This document shows, piece by piece, positions 12,907 to 24,900 of a stretch of 64,000 nucleotides of DNA. Origin of the DNA: Tieghemostelium lacteum (lineage: Eukaryota); assembly GCA_001606155.1 (NCBI GenBank), contig LODT01000016.1, positions 385,870 to 449,869 of the forward strand, written 5' to 3'. The notes beneath the pieces were generated by a model. It saw nothing but the letters and a program-made list of their open reading frames with translations. It had not been told where the DNA came from and ran no database searches. Positions within the stretch are counted from its first letter, which is position 1. Each line of letters begins with the position of its first letter. A program made the translations under genes and the position numbers.

Positions 12907-13325
12907 ATAGTTAATATTTAAATATTTTAAGAAAATTAATTATTGTAAATATGATATAAATATATATATGAAAAGTGAATAAATAAATTAAAATTTAAAA
13001 TGTTGATTGATCATTGACAACACAAAGTTGAGTTTTGTTTATGATCATATATACACATGAGAAAATGAGTTGTTATTAATATTTTATTGTGAACCCCTAA
13101 TGTTTTTTTTAGAATTATTCTTACATATTTGTGGGTGTTTTGGTGTTTGAAATATGAGGGTGAGCTTCAAATAACTGTGGTTTTTAAAAATTAATTTAAA
13201 ACTCCCCTGTTTTTCCTCAACCCCACCTCAGTTTTTAATTTGAGGAGTATCTTGAGTATTTATATACACATCAAAATAGTTTTATATATTACACAATTCT
13301 TTATATTTTAAGAACTATATACAAA

Positions 13326-13351
13326 AGTGTGGGTAGTGTGTGGTGAGTGCG
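13326..13351. promoter_or_regulatory. G/T-rich G-box-like element (agtgtgggtagtgtgtggtgagtgcgcc) in the APC8 promoter region
   Basis: A GC-rich island in AT-rich intergenic DNA about 70 bp upstream of the ATG at 13419. It is G-box/CAE-like. Confidence 0.3.
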
Positions 13352-13418
13352 CCTTTTTTGTTTGAAACATTAAAAAATCTAATTTTAAAAAAAATAGTTT
13401 AAAAAGTGTGTGAACCTC

Positions 13419-15257
13419 ATGACAACAAACAATATTACTTCTATAAAATTTGAACTTATTCAGTCGATACAGGATTTGTCACAAAGAGGATTATTTATTG
13501 GATCAAAATGGGCATCAGAACAATTGAATGGGTTGATATCTAGTAATAGTACAACAGAGGATGTAAATACAATGTCTACGGTGACTAGCTATCAACAAAC
13601 ACTAAATCAAAAGTCAAATCCAGTATTGGGGTCGGATAATCATATTAAATATCTTTTAGCAAAGAATTACTTTGATCTTAAAGAGTATCGGAGATGTGCG
13701 GATATACTGTCAAGTGAATACACTAGTACCTGCCAATTGAATCTCTTTTTGAGATCATATGCATTGTATTTGGCTATAGAGAAAAGAAAAGAAGAAGAAA
13801 TCATTGAGAATGCATCTTTGATAAACGAGCAACAACAAAAGATTAATGAACAACAGGCACAACAAGCACAACAACAGTCACAACAACCATCGAATATACC
13901 TCAACTAAAACTTGATCAACAACAATCACAGGAATTTAATGACCTTTTTAAAGTATATAATAATCGATACCTAAATAGTAATAGTAGTAGTAATAGTGTT
14001 ACAGTCGAACCATTAGATGCATTTAATTTGTATCTGTATGCACTGTTACTAAAGAAACAAAATAACTTTTTAAAATCTAAACAAGTACTATTACAATCTA
14101 TTCAGTTGTATCCAGGTAATTGGTCTGCATGGTACGATTTGGCATCTCTATGTACTGATTATGATCAGGTAATGAAACTAGTACTACCCAACCATTTTAT
14201 TAAAGATTTCTTTTTGGCACATGTTAGTTTAGAATTTCAGAAAAACAATGAGGCTTTACAAATCTATCAGTCACTATCAAAAGTATTTTCAGCATCAACT
14301 TATATACTATCCCAAACTGCAATTGGTAATTACAATCTAAGAGGTATGTTAACAAACAATTTTCTTTATAAATTAAATATTAATCTATTATTTGAAACAG
14401 CATTTGATACAGGTGAAGAATTATTTGAAAAATTAATGGAAATTGAACCTAATAGATTAGAAAATATTGATATATATAGTAATATATTATATGTTAGAGA
14501 TAAAAAGGCGGCATTGAGTATGTTGGCACATAAGGCTATGAATATTGAAAAATATTGCCCTGAAACTTGTTGTATTATTGGAAATTATTATAGTTTGAAA
14601 TCTGAACATGAAAAGGCGATTTTGTATTTCCAAAGAGCTCTTAAACTGAATGATAAATACCTCTCTGCATGGACATTGATTGGTCATGAATTTCTAGAGA
14701 TTAAAAATGTACCATCTGCAATCAGAGCCTATAGAAAAGCTGTGGATATCAATCCTAGAGACTACCGTGCATGGTATGGTCTTGGACAGACCTATGTGTT
14801 ATTGAAACTTCCACTCTATTCACTTCACTATTTCAAGAAGGCTACAACACTCAGACCTTATGACCCTAGAATGTGGTGTGCCACAGCAGGGTGCTACGAA
14901 CACATTGATAAGTTACCAGAGGCTATAAAGTGCTATGAAAGAGCTGAAGAGAACTTTGACCATGAACGTGTTGCACAGGCTAAATTGGCAAAACTCTATC
15001 AAGAGATTCAAAATTACGATAAAGCTGCTTACTATTATAAGAAGAATCTTCAGCATTATGATTCAGAGAAGATTGATGGTCAGGAGGTTATTGATGCTTT
15101 ACTCTATCTGGCTAATCATTGTAGAAATACCAACAAATTATCACAATCTGAGAAATATTGTCTGAGATTACTAGATTATGCAGGTCCTGAGAAAGAAGAG
15201 GCAAAATCAATACTCAGAGAAATACATAATAAATCCAAATCTATAAATAATTTTTAA
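13419..15257 (+). CDS. anapc8: Anaphase-promoting complex subunit 8 (Cdc23), TPR protein
   Basis: N-terminal APC8 domain (RGLFIGSKWASEQL). Consecutive TPRs at the C-terminus (AWTLIGHEFLEIKN, AIRAYRKAVDINPRDYRAWYGLGQTY, YFKKATTLRPYDPRMW). Single open frame. The first ATG is at 13419; the ORF track opens at an upstream GTG. Confidence 0.75.
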   Translation: MTTNNITSIKFELIQSIQDLSQRGLFIGSKWASEQLNGLISSNSTTEDVNTMSTVTSYQQTLNQKSNPVLGSDNHIKYLLAKNYFDLKEYRRCADILSSEYTSTCQLNLFLRSYALYLAIEKRKEEEIIENASLINEQQQKINEQQAQQAQQQSQQPSNIPQLKLDQQQSQEFNDLFKVYNNRYLNSNSSSNSVTVEPLDAFNLYLYALLLKKQNNFLKSKQVLLQSIQLYPGNWSAWYDLASLCTDYDQVMKLVLPNHFIKDFFLAHVSLEFQKNNEALQIYQSLSKVFSASTYILSQTAIGNYNLRGMLTNNFLYKLNINLLFETAFDTGEELFEKLMEIEPNRLENIDIYSNILYVRDKKAALSMLAHKAMNIEKYCPETCCIIGNYYSLKSEHEKAILYFQRALKLNDKYLSAWTLIGHEFLEIKNVPSAIRAYRKAVDINPRDYRAWYGLGQTYVLLKLPLYSLHYFKKATTLRPYDPRMWCATAGCYEHIDKLPEAIKCYERAEENFDHERVAQAKLAKLYQEIQNYDKAAYYYKKNLQHYDSEKIDGQEVIDALLYLANHCRNTNKLSQSEKYCLRLLDYAGPEKEEAKSILREIHNKSKSINNF

Positions 15258-15405
15258 AATTAGAATTTTCCAATTTTGGTATATATGTGTGGTTTATTAA
15301 AAATGAGGTAAATTTAAAATATTAAAAATTGTAGTTTAAATTATTATTATTATTATTTTATTTATGTCTGTTAGAATCATAATTCTATAATTATTCATGA
15401 AAGCT

Positions 15406-15903
15406 TCAAATCTTGGGAACCCAGTAATTATCTTTTGATAAATAATGACCAAGGTAGCAACTGTTGACAATTGCCATAAGCTGATCATATGAACCTCTAA
15501 ATGGTCTTTCAAAAACCCCAAATCTCGATAAACTGAGGAAACAATGTTCAATTAGTATTCTAATTTTAGAAATTTTAGATTTATATGTTAACTCTTCTTC
15601 AGTGAATACACGTTGTTTATATTTTTTAAGAGGGCATATTGTTTGGCCACTGTCAGAGATATATGCTTTATCTCCTAAAAGTGCCTCATCAGCATCTAGA
15701 TTCTTAAGAACCCCGCTTTCGTTCAGAATAACCAGGCCATGAGTTGAACCCCAATATGGTCCTGATACATGAATAACATGGCCATCGAGGTTACATATTA
15801 CTTGTATCTTTAACCCATGAACCTTATGTTTTCCTATTAAGAATTTTATAAAATTAATATTTGTTTTTTTAATAAAACACTGTGATGTATCAAATAAAAA
15901 CAT
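15406..15903 (-). mobile_element. Harbinger/PIF-type DDE_Tnp_4 transposase remnant (C-terminal two-thirds of the catalytic domain only)
   Basis: Motifs KVHGLKIQVICNLDGHVIHV..WGSTHG..LGDKAYISD..IEHCFLSLSRFGVFERPF match the DDE_4 family. The first catalytic Asp block is missing. The upstream frame is closed by TAA within 5 codons. The flanks are AT-rich with no host-gene context. Confidence 0.55.
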
Positions 15904-16079
15904 ACCAGAATATTAATTAATTAGAAGCAAAACTTTATAGGCTAGTTTGATAAATAATTGATAGTTATCTAGATAATGATAGGAATAATTTAGTACTAAA
16001 AAACTAGTAGTTTTTTATATAGTTTATTTTGTTTATATAGTAGTTAATTTGGAAAATCAATCTACTACCTTGTTGTTAC

Positions 16080-16915
16080 TCCATCAGAAATATCTGCTCT
16101 ACCTACTCTTCCAAATCTAGAAGAACTCACATTCAATCAAGATGAAGGTGATAACGATATATCAGATGATAAACATTTGCCATCAAATGTTACCTCTATT
16201 GGTATCGTCGTGACAAGTTACCCTACTCAATATAACATTTTTGTGAAGATGGTTACAAAGGTAGTCTATATAAATACGATGTTGCCAAGATGTATGCATC
16301 AATCTTAGGAAACCAAAGATTCAAGATACCAATTAAAAGAGGTACTTTCACCAAATACACCAATGAAGAATTTAAACAGCTTCCATTTATTCATGTTGGT
16401 ATTTATAGGGCGGTATTCACTGATACACATAAATACTTCAAGATCAACAACAGAGGCAACTACTATACCCATTACGATTTGAACCTAGCTGTAATGCCAA
16501 ATTAGTAAAAGAAATAGACAATGGTGAGAATAAAGTTACAATCAAAGATCATGGATATCATCATCTCTAATTCAAGAGTTATGAAGGAAATACAGTAGGT
16601 CAACAAAGTATCAATTCATTTAAATATTATGATACGCATTATGCCAGATTCATACCATTTATTTTATCAAGAGGTAGAAAGATGACTGGATCTATCATTG
16701 CACCTTTTATTGATGACATTGTTAGAGTTCACACGGATGGATTTTACTCAAAGAAAGAGCTGGATATCACTCAAGATACAAGTAAAAGAGGTGTTAAATC
16801 CCTTGATAATGTCAAGTTAGGTTTTGAGCCTGGTAATCTCAAGTATGAAGGTTTCTGTGAATATGGTGAAATACACAAGATGAAAAAGGTTAATGATGAT
16901 TTATTTACTAAATAA
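16080..16915 (+). mobile_element. Decayed fragment of a protein-primed family-B DNA polymerase (Maverick/Polinton-like or linear-plasmid-like), broken into at least 3 frames
   Basis: YDVAKMYASILGNQRFKIPIKRG resembles pPolB motif A (DxxSLYPS..LP.G.P). Downstream lie an NSFKYY block (motif-B-like) and VRVHTDGFYS (a degenerate motif-C YxDTDS), in the order A-B-C. ORFs 16290..16505 and 16682..16915 and the frames between them are separated by stops and shifts. Confidence 0.35.
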
Positions 16916-17089
16916 ACACTATTTATTTATAAAATTGCAATTTGCTTTTAAATAAAAAAAAATAGGGGTGGACACTATATCAGTTTAGTAGTACAATTGA
17001 ATATATACAAAACAATTTAAAAAAATGACTTTACATATATACATATATATATATTTATTTTTTTTTTTTCATAAATTGTGGATAATATT

Positions 17090-17820
17090 ATGAGTGACAA
17101 CAATAATAATATAATAGTATGGGTTGAATTGGATGGTGAGCCAAATAAACCTATTAAAGTTATCAGTAAAGAAGATATAGCAGATGTTGAAGATTACATC
17201 CTTATTCACCCAAGATTTAAAGACAGATTCACATTATTCAATTTGGTACAAGTAGAAAGAACAATTGAAGGAGTTGAGACTGAGGGTGGTGTTCTTGATA
17301 CAGATACAATATTAGATAGTTTAGAACCAACATATCATAAAGGAGTTGGACCAGATCAAATTAGATTGCGAATCAAATTGGTACAACCACCTCAAACAAG
17401 TAGTTCTCACAAGAGAAAGGGTATGGATGATAATGATGAAACTTTGTCTCAGAAGTATGAATCATTGAAAAAATATACTAGAATTTTAGAGATGGATAAC
17501 GAGGCAAAAGATAAGGTAATTATAACCAAATTTTTGGAAAAAACACATATTTAGGGTAGGTTATTAACAGCATCAATGTATTTCAGAGAATAAGAGAATT
17601 TGAACTGACCTCTTCACCAATTCCATCACCATCAAACAGTATTATAAATACTTTAGCTAACATCTCAACCCCTATTTCAAACAACCCCAATAATAATAAT
17701 CTTACAACTAATACTTCTCAACCCTCACAATCCACACCTATCAAATGTAAAGGAACACATAAAGGTGAACCTTGTAGAATCAATTGCACCAAATTTACAC
17801 CACGTAATGAGATTCAGTAA
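17090..17820 (+). CDS. Hypothetical protein with C-terminal Cys-rich tail; exons 17090..17515 and 17587..17820 (intron 17516..17586)
   Basis: ATG at 17090 (MSDNNNNIIVWVELDG...). GTAATT donor at 17516. Of three candidate acceptors only ttcAG at 17585-17586 yields a long open continuation (RIREFELTSSPIPSP...CKGTHKGEPCRINCTKFTPRNEIQ*). Confidence 0.45.
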
Positions 17821-18120
17821 TTGTTTTTGTTGATAAAGAGGATCTATTAGCCGTGACCAGATCAGTAACATTGTGAATGATCTTTCTAGAAATACTGATG
17901 TTGGTAATATCCCAAGATAGCATTGAGCCATTTTATAAAGAACTGGAAACTGATCCTTTTGGTATACCAAAAATCTTGAATAGTTAACCTATCTATTTCA
18001 TTTTTGGACAGTTTTAGGTTTAGATAATCTTCAATTTCGTCCCTTTCTTCATCCTCCTCGTCATTCACAATATAAAGTAGATGGTCACTGTCCTCTGTTT
18101 CGACATTATCTTGATTATTT
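17725..18120 (-). mobile_element. hAT-family transposase C-terminal dimerisation (hATC) domain remnant with a 1-nt frameshift
   Basis: Frame 1 reads ...DEIEDYLNLKLSKNEIDRLTIQDFW. Frame 2 reads YQKDQFPVLYKMAQCYLGILPTSVFLERSFTMLLIWSRLIDP..LLNLITW, matching the hATC consensus (WW...fP.L..lA...L.ip.ss..ER.FS). The frames switch at about 17950. No BED/DDE portion lies upstream. Confidence 0.5.
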
Positions 18121-18395
18121 AAAATTTTATTTTTCTATAAAGCAGAATTGAATTAGAAAACAATAGAAATCTCTAAATTACAGACTCTTCTGACTGAACT
18201 GTTTCAAAACAATCACGAAACATTACAAGAGGTTAAATATTGCTATGCAGCTGCAGTTTCTTTAAAGTACTTTAACCAATTGAAATTATTCTTAAGTGAT
18301 CTCTTCCAACATACCAAAAACATTCAGAACCATCCTTCACGAACTTACAAAACATTTACATTGAAAACAAAATGTATATATAAAACTAGTTATTT

Positions 18396-20306
18396 TTATT
18401 TTTTAACATGTTTAGCTTCGAATCTCTCAATTATATCTTTACAGAAACAATCTTCAGCTGGAACCCATGTAGCTTGGTCGATACTGTATCCTTCCCATTT
18501 AATTAGATATTGAACTTTACCACCAACAATGGATTTCTTTAGGATATCTTCGACATTATATAATTCCTCAGAATCATTTTCAAGTTCCTCAACAATATTT
18601 ATAAAATTTTCCTTGTTCTTACTGGGAATTGATGTTGATTGTTTTTGTTGTTTTTGTGGTTGTTTCTTTGGTTGTTGTTGTGGTTCAAAATGAGTTTTAA
18701 CTTTCTTTTTAGGTCTGGAAGTTGTATCTTTACCCAAAGGTTTATCAACTACAACAACAATATCTTCAGAATCATCTGTTTTATCTATATCCAACATTAT
18801 TTCATCATCTACTTCATCTTCAGTATCATCCAAATCAATTGGAGTTAATTTTCTCTTTTTAGATTCAGCTTTCTTTTTCTTTTTAATCTTTTTCTCTTGT
18901 CTCTCTAGTTTTCTTTTCTTTTTCTCTTCCTTCTTTTTTAGTTTCTCTTGTATTTGTTTTTGTTTTTCTTTTTCCTTCTGTTGCGCTTTTACTTTGTTTA
19001 CTTTTTCTTTTTCTTTTGATACTGATTTTTTTGGTTTGGGTTTAGGTTCCCAAGTCAATAGTAAAGTGGGTCCTGTATAAACAAAATCCTGAATAAATTT
19101 CTTTTTGGAAGCTATAAACTTGAATTGTTTAAATGCTTCATATATAGTTGCCTTATTACGACTGTTGATAGCCATGAGTTCCATCTGTAGTTGTTGTTCT
19201 TGAATTTGAGGGGAAATTGGAACTTGTACAGTAGGTTGCTGTACCATAACAGGCACTGCATCTGATGATCCTACCTTTAGATTTCTCAAAGGCGGTGATT
19301 TATATTGACGGAACTCCAAATTCACAGGTATAGGAGCAACAAGATTAATAGGAGGAAGTTTATAAATAGTAGGATGTTGTAGAGGTTGTGGACTAATATG
19401 TTGTGTAGGAAGTGTAGGTGAAACTTGTTTAGGTGTTGTTGGTTGAGAAGTTCTCAATGCATTTCTCTGGTACTGTTGAAGAATCATAATCATATTATCA
19501 TTAATCATCTTTGATTTCTTGCCCGACAATAACTGAATATCATCAAAAACCTTCTTTTGAATAGAATACTGATGCCTCAAAACATTGATTTGAACATCAC
19601 TTATAAGTTTCTTATAATGCAGGCATCTAGTAAACAACTCCTTTTTCAGAGATGCTAGGACTTTTATATCAGTCGTATCCTTTACATTCCAACTTCTGTA
19701 CTGTTCAATTCTAGGTAGAGTCTGAACAATAGTCTCAATCATACCACTAAAACTAATGGCATTGGGAGGTGGTGCATGACTATTAAAATGTAGATTCAAC
19801 TCTCTAATCTGATTTAAAAGTGTCTCGAACTTGTACTTGTAGGATATAATCTTATCTTTCTCTTTCACAAGACTCAGATGAGTCTGATCTATATAATACT
19901 TTTTAACAACCTCCCATGATCGTATTGGTAGTTGTAGACTAATCTGTCTATTACCTTTCGCAATCTCTTGTGTAATGTATCTACCAATGAGTATTAAATC
20001 ATTAAATGTCGAATGCATTTCAATACGTCTTTCTATACTATTCTTCTCATAGTACAAACTAAGGTTCTTCTTATATCCTTCAATTTCAATATTTATATTA
20101 TTACTGATATAATCCACAACCTGTTTCATTATACTATAAATCTCAGAGAATTCAACTAAAGATGTTCCACTAAGTGAACTTGGAGATGATAATAAAAAGT
20201 GTTGAAGTTTTTCCGAATACAACTTTACATCAGTCAATGATTGATAGCATTGACTAATAAATTGGTGATATGGATTTGTACTGTTACTAGGTACTGTAGA
20301 TGTAGG

Positions 20307-20374
<68 letters not shown>

Positions 20375-21301
20375 GAGGTATTTGTGGTTTTTGTTGTTGA
20401 TAAGGTACCTGTTGTTGCTGCGGGTGTTTTTGAGGAATTGATGTTGTTGTACCACTATTATTAAGTTGATTAGGTCTATTTATAATATTTAAAGCATTTT
20501 CCATTGATCTTTTACAATTTGTACACTGTGCTACTAGTTTCTCATTGAGTAATTGCGCGAATACAAGATAACCAGCTTTACAATATTCACAAGTAGAGAA
20601 TATTAAAACCTCTTTACATCTTATACATCTATCCGTTATTTTTCCACTAAAAAATGCCTCTGAATTCGAGTCGCCACTGATAATACACCCTACTCCACAT
20701 CCAGGACAATTAAATGTATGTTTAATCTTTTGATTATACTTTTTCCTATTTTCCTCTGTATTTACATTATTCTTGAGTTTTTATATAAAATTAGATGTCT
20801 ATCATACAATATGAGAGAATAGATGTTACAATTACTTACAAATGCTTTTGTAACCTTTTCAAAGATTCTCTTGTTAATCTCCGATGCCTTATCGATATTG
20901 AAAATATTCCATAACTTGACATGTGCTCTATTGATTGCAGTGTTACTCGCTAGTGAACTGACTTGTAGTATCTCATAGGCCTCTTTGTCAGGGTCAAGTT
21001 TACTGATTAGTTTCTCAAGTTGTTCTTGTGTTTTGGTATTTACATGATCAATTTCAAAACAAGTTCTGTCATGCTGTTGCTGAAGAAGTGCTTGTTTTTG
21101 TTGACGTGTAAAATTTGAGTAGTTTAATTGACCTGGTACAGGTGCATTTGAGGATAAAGACGGTATTGGTGTGCTAGTGGTAGGTGTAGGAGTAGATGCA
21201 CTGCTAACACCCGTAGGTTTTGGAACTTTTTGATTATTTACATTTTGAGAACCAGCACTACCATATTTAAATGGCCAGTTAGCAGCTCTATTATTATTCA
21301 T
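18396..21301 (-). CDS. Chromodomain protein with poly-Gln tract and N-terminal Cys-rich module; exons 20840..21301 and 18396..20753 (intron 20754..20839)
   Basis: C-terminal chromodomain (EELYNVEDILKKSIVGGKVQYLIKWEGYSIDQATWVPAED). The frame upstream of the annotated Met at 20504 stays open to 20753 (...FNCPGCGVGCIISGD..CIRCK..CEYCKAGY..CTNCKRS). A GTAAGT donor follows ...EKVTKAF in ORF 20762..21337, and cagAG restores the frame. ATG at 21301 (MNNNRAANW). Confidence 0.55.
20306..20376. repeat. (TTG)n on the + strand, equal to (CAA)n coding, about 23 units; encodes a poly-Gln tract in the chromodomain gene
   Basis: Seen directly. Confidence 0.9.
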
Positions 21302-21723
21302 TTTACACAACAAAGTGATGAATAAAAATATATGCACTAAACCTCGTAAGTTCTCAAATTTATTAAAAAAATCCTTTTTTTTATTTTTAAAACATTTTGT
21401 AAAATCAAGTTTTGACCATCAACAACATTTTATATATATAAAATTTAATAAACTATATTGGTTATAGATATTTTAATATAATATAATATCAACAATTTAT
21501 AAAATGGTTTAGTAAATGATTCTAATTCAAATTTATCAATCTAGATATGTAATATAGAGTTAAACATTTATTCATTTAAAAAAACCAATTAGTATTCAAT
21601 ATATAAACTATCTTATTGAATTTACTATAATAAGATATTTATAAAAGTAGTCTCCTCATCTTTGACAGAAACTACAGTAAATAATAGATATTTATCAAAT
21701 CTCATTGAATGGATTATAAAAGT

Positions 21724-21853
21724 AAATTTCCGAATATCCTATGAAATATGAGTAATTAAAGATGGAGTGGTCAACACAATAGAATAACTGGTAAATTTAC
21801 CGGTGGAGGGTCTTACACAATATGCCTCTTCAAAATAGAAATTTCCGAATATC
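21724..21853. promoter_or_regulatory. Two copies of the 15-mer aaatttccgaatatc (21724..21738 and 21839..21853) in the divergent promoter between the chromodomain gene and the large TM-protein gene
   Basis: An exact 15-nt direct repeat spaced 115 bp apart in AT-rich intergenic DNA. It contains TTCCGAA. A partial third copy, gtaaatttaccgg, sits at 21791. Confidence 0.3.
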
Positions 21854-21938
21854 TAGATATTTTGATCTAAAGTGTGTTTATTTTTGATTTCCTTCAAATA
21901 TAAAAATTTTATATTCTCCAACTATATTGATTTTTAAA

Positions 21939-24900
21939 ATGGTCACTACAATAATCCATAAATTTATTTATATTTGTATTATAATATTTCATTTTGGTAA
22001 GTATATTATTGAATTATATTAACAATATTGAAATATTAATATGCTTAATGAAAAGGTGTGATAAATGGTCAATTTAGATTTCTGGATTTAGTGGTACCTG
22101 GAAGTAATAATGTATATGGTTCGGATGATATTGGATGTGAATATTTTATAAAATTTCAATCCTATGATGAAAGTGTAAATGTAATTTATATATATGAGAC
22201 ACCACCTAGATATCTTGGATCCACATTACAAGGAATACATTCCCTCTATGCAGAGTTGACTTTTAGATCTGCTGTAGGGTCTAATTTAAATGTGTCATTA
22301 CAGTTTAGAGATAGTAATAATCCATTGCAATATAATGTAATCTATGAAGTAAATGATTTATACTGGTTTCCAGTCTGTGAAAGACAACCATATCCTCTAG
22401 ATAACTATGCAACTGAACTATTCTATACACCTGGTGAATCCTACACCTTTTACTATGTCATGAAATTTCTTGATCTTGTAAAATTTGCAAAATTGACATT
22501 TAGTCAGACTTCATCACCAAACTTTTACAAGTGTAGTGGTGAGTGGTTGAATATGAAATATTATCTGGTGACTTGTAATTTTGTAGTTGAACCTGGTGAT
22601 ATATCAGCTACTATTCCTGTGACTATTGAATATAGATTGACTAATAATGAAAACAGCTACCAGACCTATTCCGTGGCATCTTATATGAATAATGGTCAAT
22701 TTCCAATCAGTGATATAATACAGAGATTCTATCCGAATGATACTATTGGTATTTATCAGTGGCCTAATAAATTCTATCAAGAGTTGACAGTTACCAATCC
22801 ACCCTCTAATATATATAGATATATAGTACCATTGAATGTTGCTACTAGTCTGCCTCCTGGAACTTTTGTAAAATATAATCCATATGAAACCATGTTTATA
22901 TATGGAAATTTGTCCACTAGGACTTATATAGACACTGTATCTGTTCCTGATATTGATAGTTCTGTGTATTTCCAACCGTTGACTTTAGATAATATGGTTG
23001 CTCAATCTGTGTTTACAGGGTCACCTAGAGAGTACAATGTAATGGGGTCCTATTCAAAACCTCAATTTTCATTATTAACAACAACAATCTCTACTTTGCT
23101 AGTCCTAGATCAAAGATACCAAGTTCAATATTCATTTTCACCATTCTATTGGTACAGAATGAATATTAATGAGTATAGTAGAATAATGTTTTATGAGTTT
23201 CCCTACGGTATAACATCTATTGTACCTTATAGAACTCTGAATGAATACACATTGGAAGTACCATTAACAGTGTATTCAACTGATATTTCCTATTATAGAG
23301 ATGGTGTAATATCAGATTACAGCTATATAGGGTCACTGGTAGACACAGCAGCACCTCGTTTGGAACCTATGGAATTTGAATATGTAAATTCACAAGAATT
23401 AACATTAATAAGATTGATTGCCTCTGATATGTCATCAGGATTCTCATTTATTGAATTCTATTTTGTTGATAGTAATGATAATAGATTTGAAACTATATTT
23501 CAAGTGACTTCAGAGGATTTGGTAGATGGTAGTGTCAATGATGGTGTATATGAAACTCTTGTAAAACCATATAAATTCTATTCACCAGAGTACAGTATCA
23601 AAGCAACTTATTCAGACCAAGTAGGTAACATAGGTGACATTTCAGAAGGTATTAGTTTTATACCTGATTTTCCATTTTTGGTAGATAACAAGAATCAGTT
23701 AGTTGGTAACTCTAATATCACAATTACAAGTTTTTCATTCTTGGAGAATGAGGTGAATCTAACTAGTGATGGTTTTACCAATGTATTGAAATTTACATGT
23801 GCAGGTACACCAATGAATTCATTTGTCTCTATAGGACTTGTATTTGATGCTGGTAGTGAATACTATGAAAGATTCTTTGGATCTTTTGACACAGTTGAAC
23901 AGGTTTATAAAATTGAATTTTATCTTCCACCTAGACTACAAAGTGGGCCTATTCAGTATTTTATTGAAGGACAGTATTTTAAATTCTCATATATAGCGTT
24001 AAGAGCTATAACCAATTTACCAACGAACTTATCTGTGGTTAGTAACTGGTCAGAGAGATTTCCACCAATGGTTACTAATCTAGTACCGTTTTCAGAGACT
24101 GTTAATGGTATTATTAAATGTAGTTTTAATATCACCATTGAAGATCAAGGAAACGGATTCAAAAGTGGTATTGTTAGTATTTGGTCTGATATAGATCCAC
24201 AATTAAGAAACTTCACATTGTCATCCAATGGATATAACAAGTATTTAGATACTTATCAGATATCATTTACACTCAACCAGAGTGAATGTGTAAATCAGTC
24301 ATTTGAAATCTATTACCTATCATTAACAGACACTAATAATCTAACATCGGATTCAAGTGGGAATCTAAAATTTAACTCATTTATGAAGATTCTAGATACC
24401 ATTCAGGGTTCTTTAACTATTGAAGATTGTCAATCACCACCATCTACAATAAATCCTACACTTACCAATCTAACTATACTCAATAATCTGCCTATTAACG
24501 TTGGGTCCAGTCAAAGAGACTTCGATATATTATTTGAAGTTACTGATTCCTCAGTACCTGTATCTAAACATCATATTCCGTATTGTTATATCTCTACTAT
24601 ATTCCTACGACAAATTAAGGTTCCATCAGTATTTGTGCAGTTCTTAGATAGCTCTAAACTAATAGCTCAATGGAGATGTTCAGGTAGTGTACCATATGGT
24701 TTTGGTGCTAGATCTATTGGAGGTGAAGGTAATAACTTAACAATTAGTATCTATGGATTTGCTAATATTGGTCTATCATTCGGTGGGTCGTCTAATACAT
24801 TTAATGGGTACTATTTAACTACTGAATTTAATATCAGTCCTATAATTGAAGATATAAAATTATCTCCAATGCCTGGGTTATCAAGGTACTTGAAAATGGA

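Noticed and set aside
14343-14412. Intron-like stretch (GTATGTTAACAAAC...TGAAACAG) inside the APC8 ORF, translating as the odd peptide GMLTNNFLYKLNINLLFET
   Set aside because: The two candidate GT..AG pairs are 58 and 70 nt, neither a multiple of 3. Removing either would break an otherwise perfect 615-codon frame, so the region is treated as coding.
15904-16080. Extension of the Harbinger transposase ORF upstream to recover the N-terminal DDE block, via a possible intron
   Set aside because: The upstream frame closes within 5 codons. The only GT..AG pair nearby is 27 nt, too short for an intron, and no Myb-like second ORF typical of intact Harbinger elements is nearby. It is treated as a remnant.
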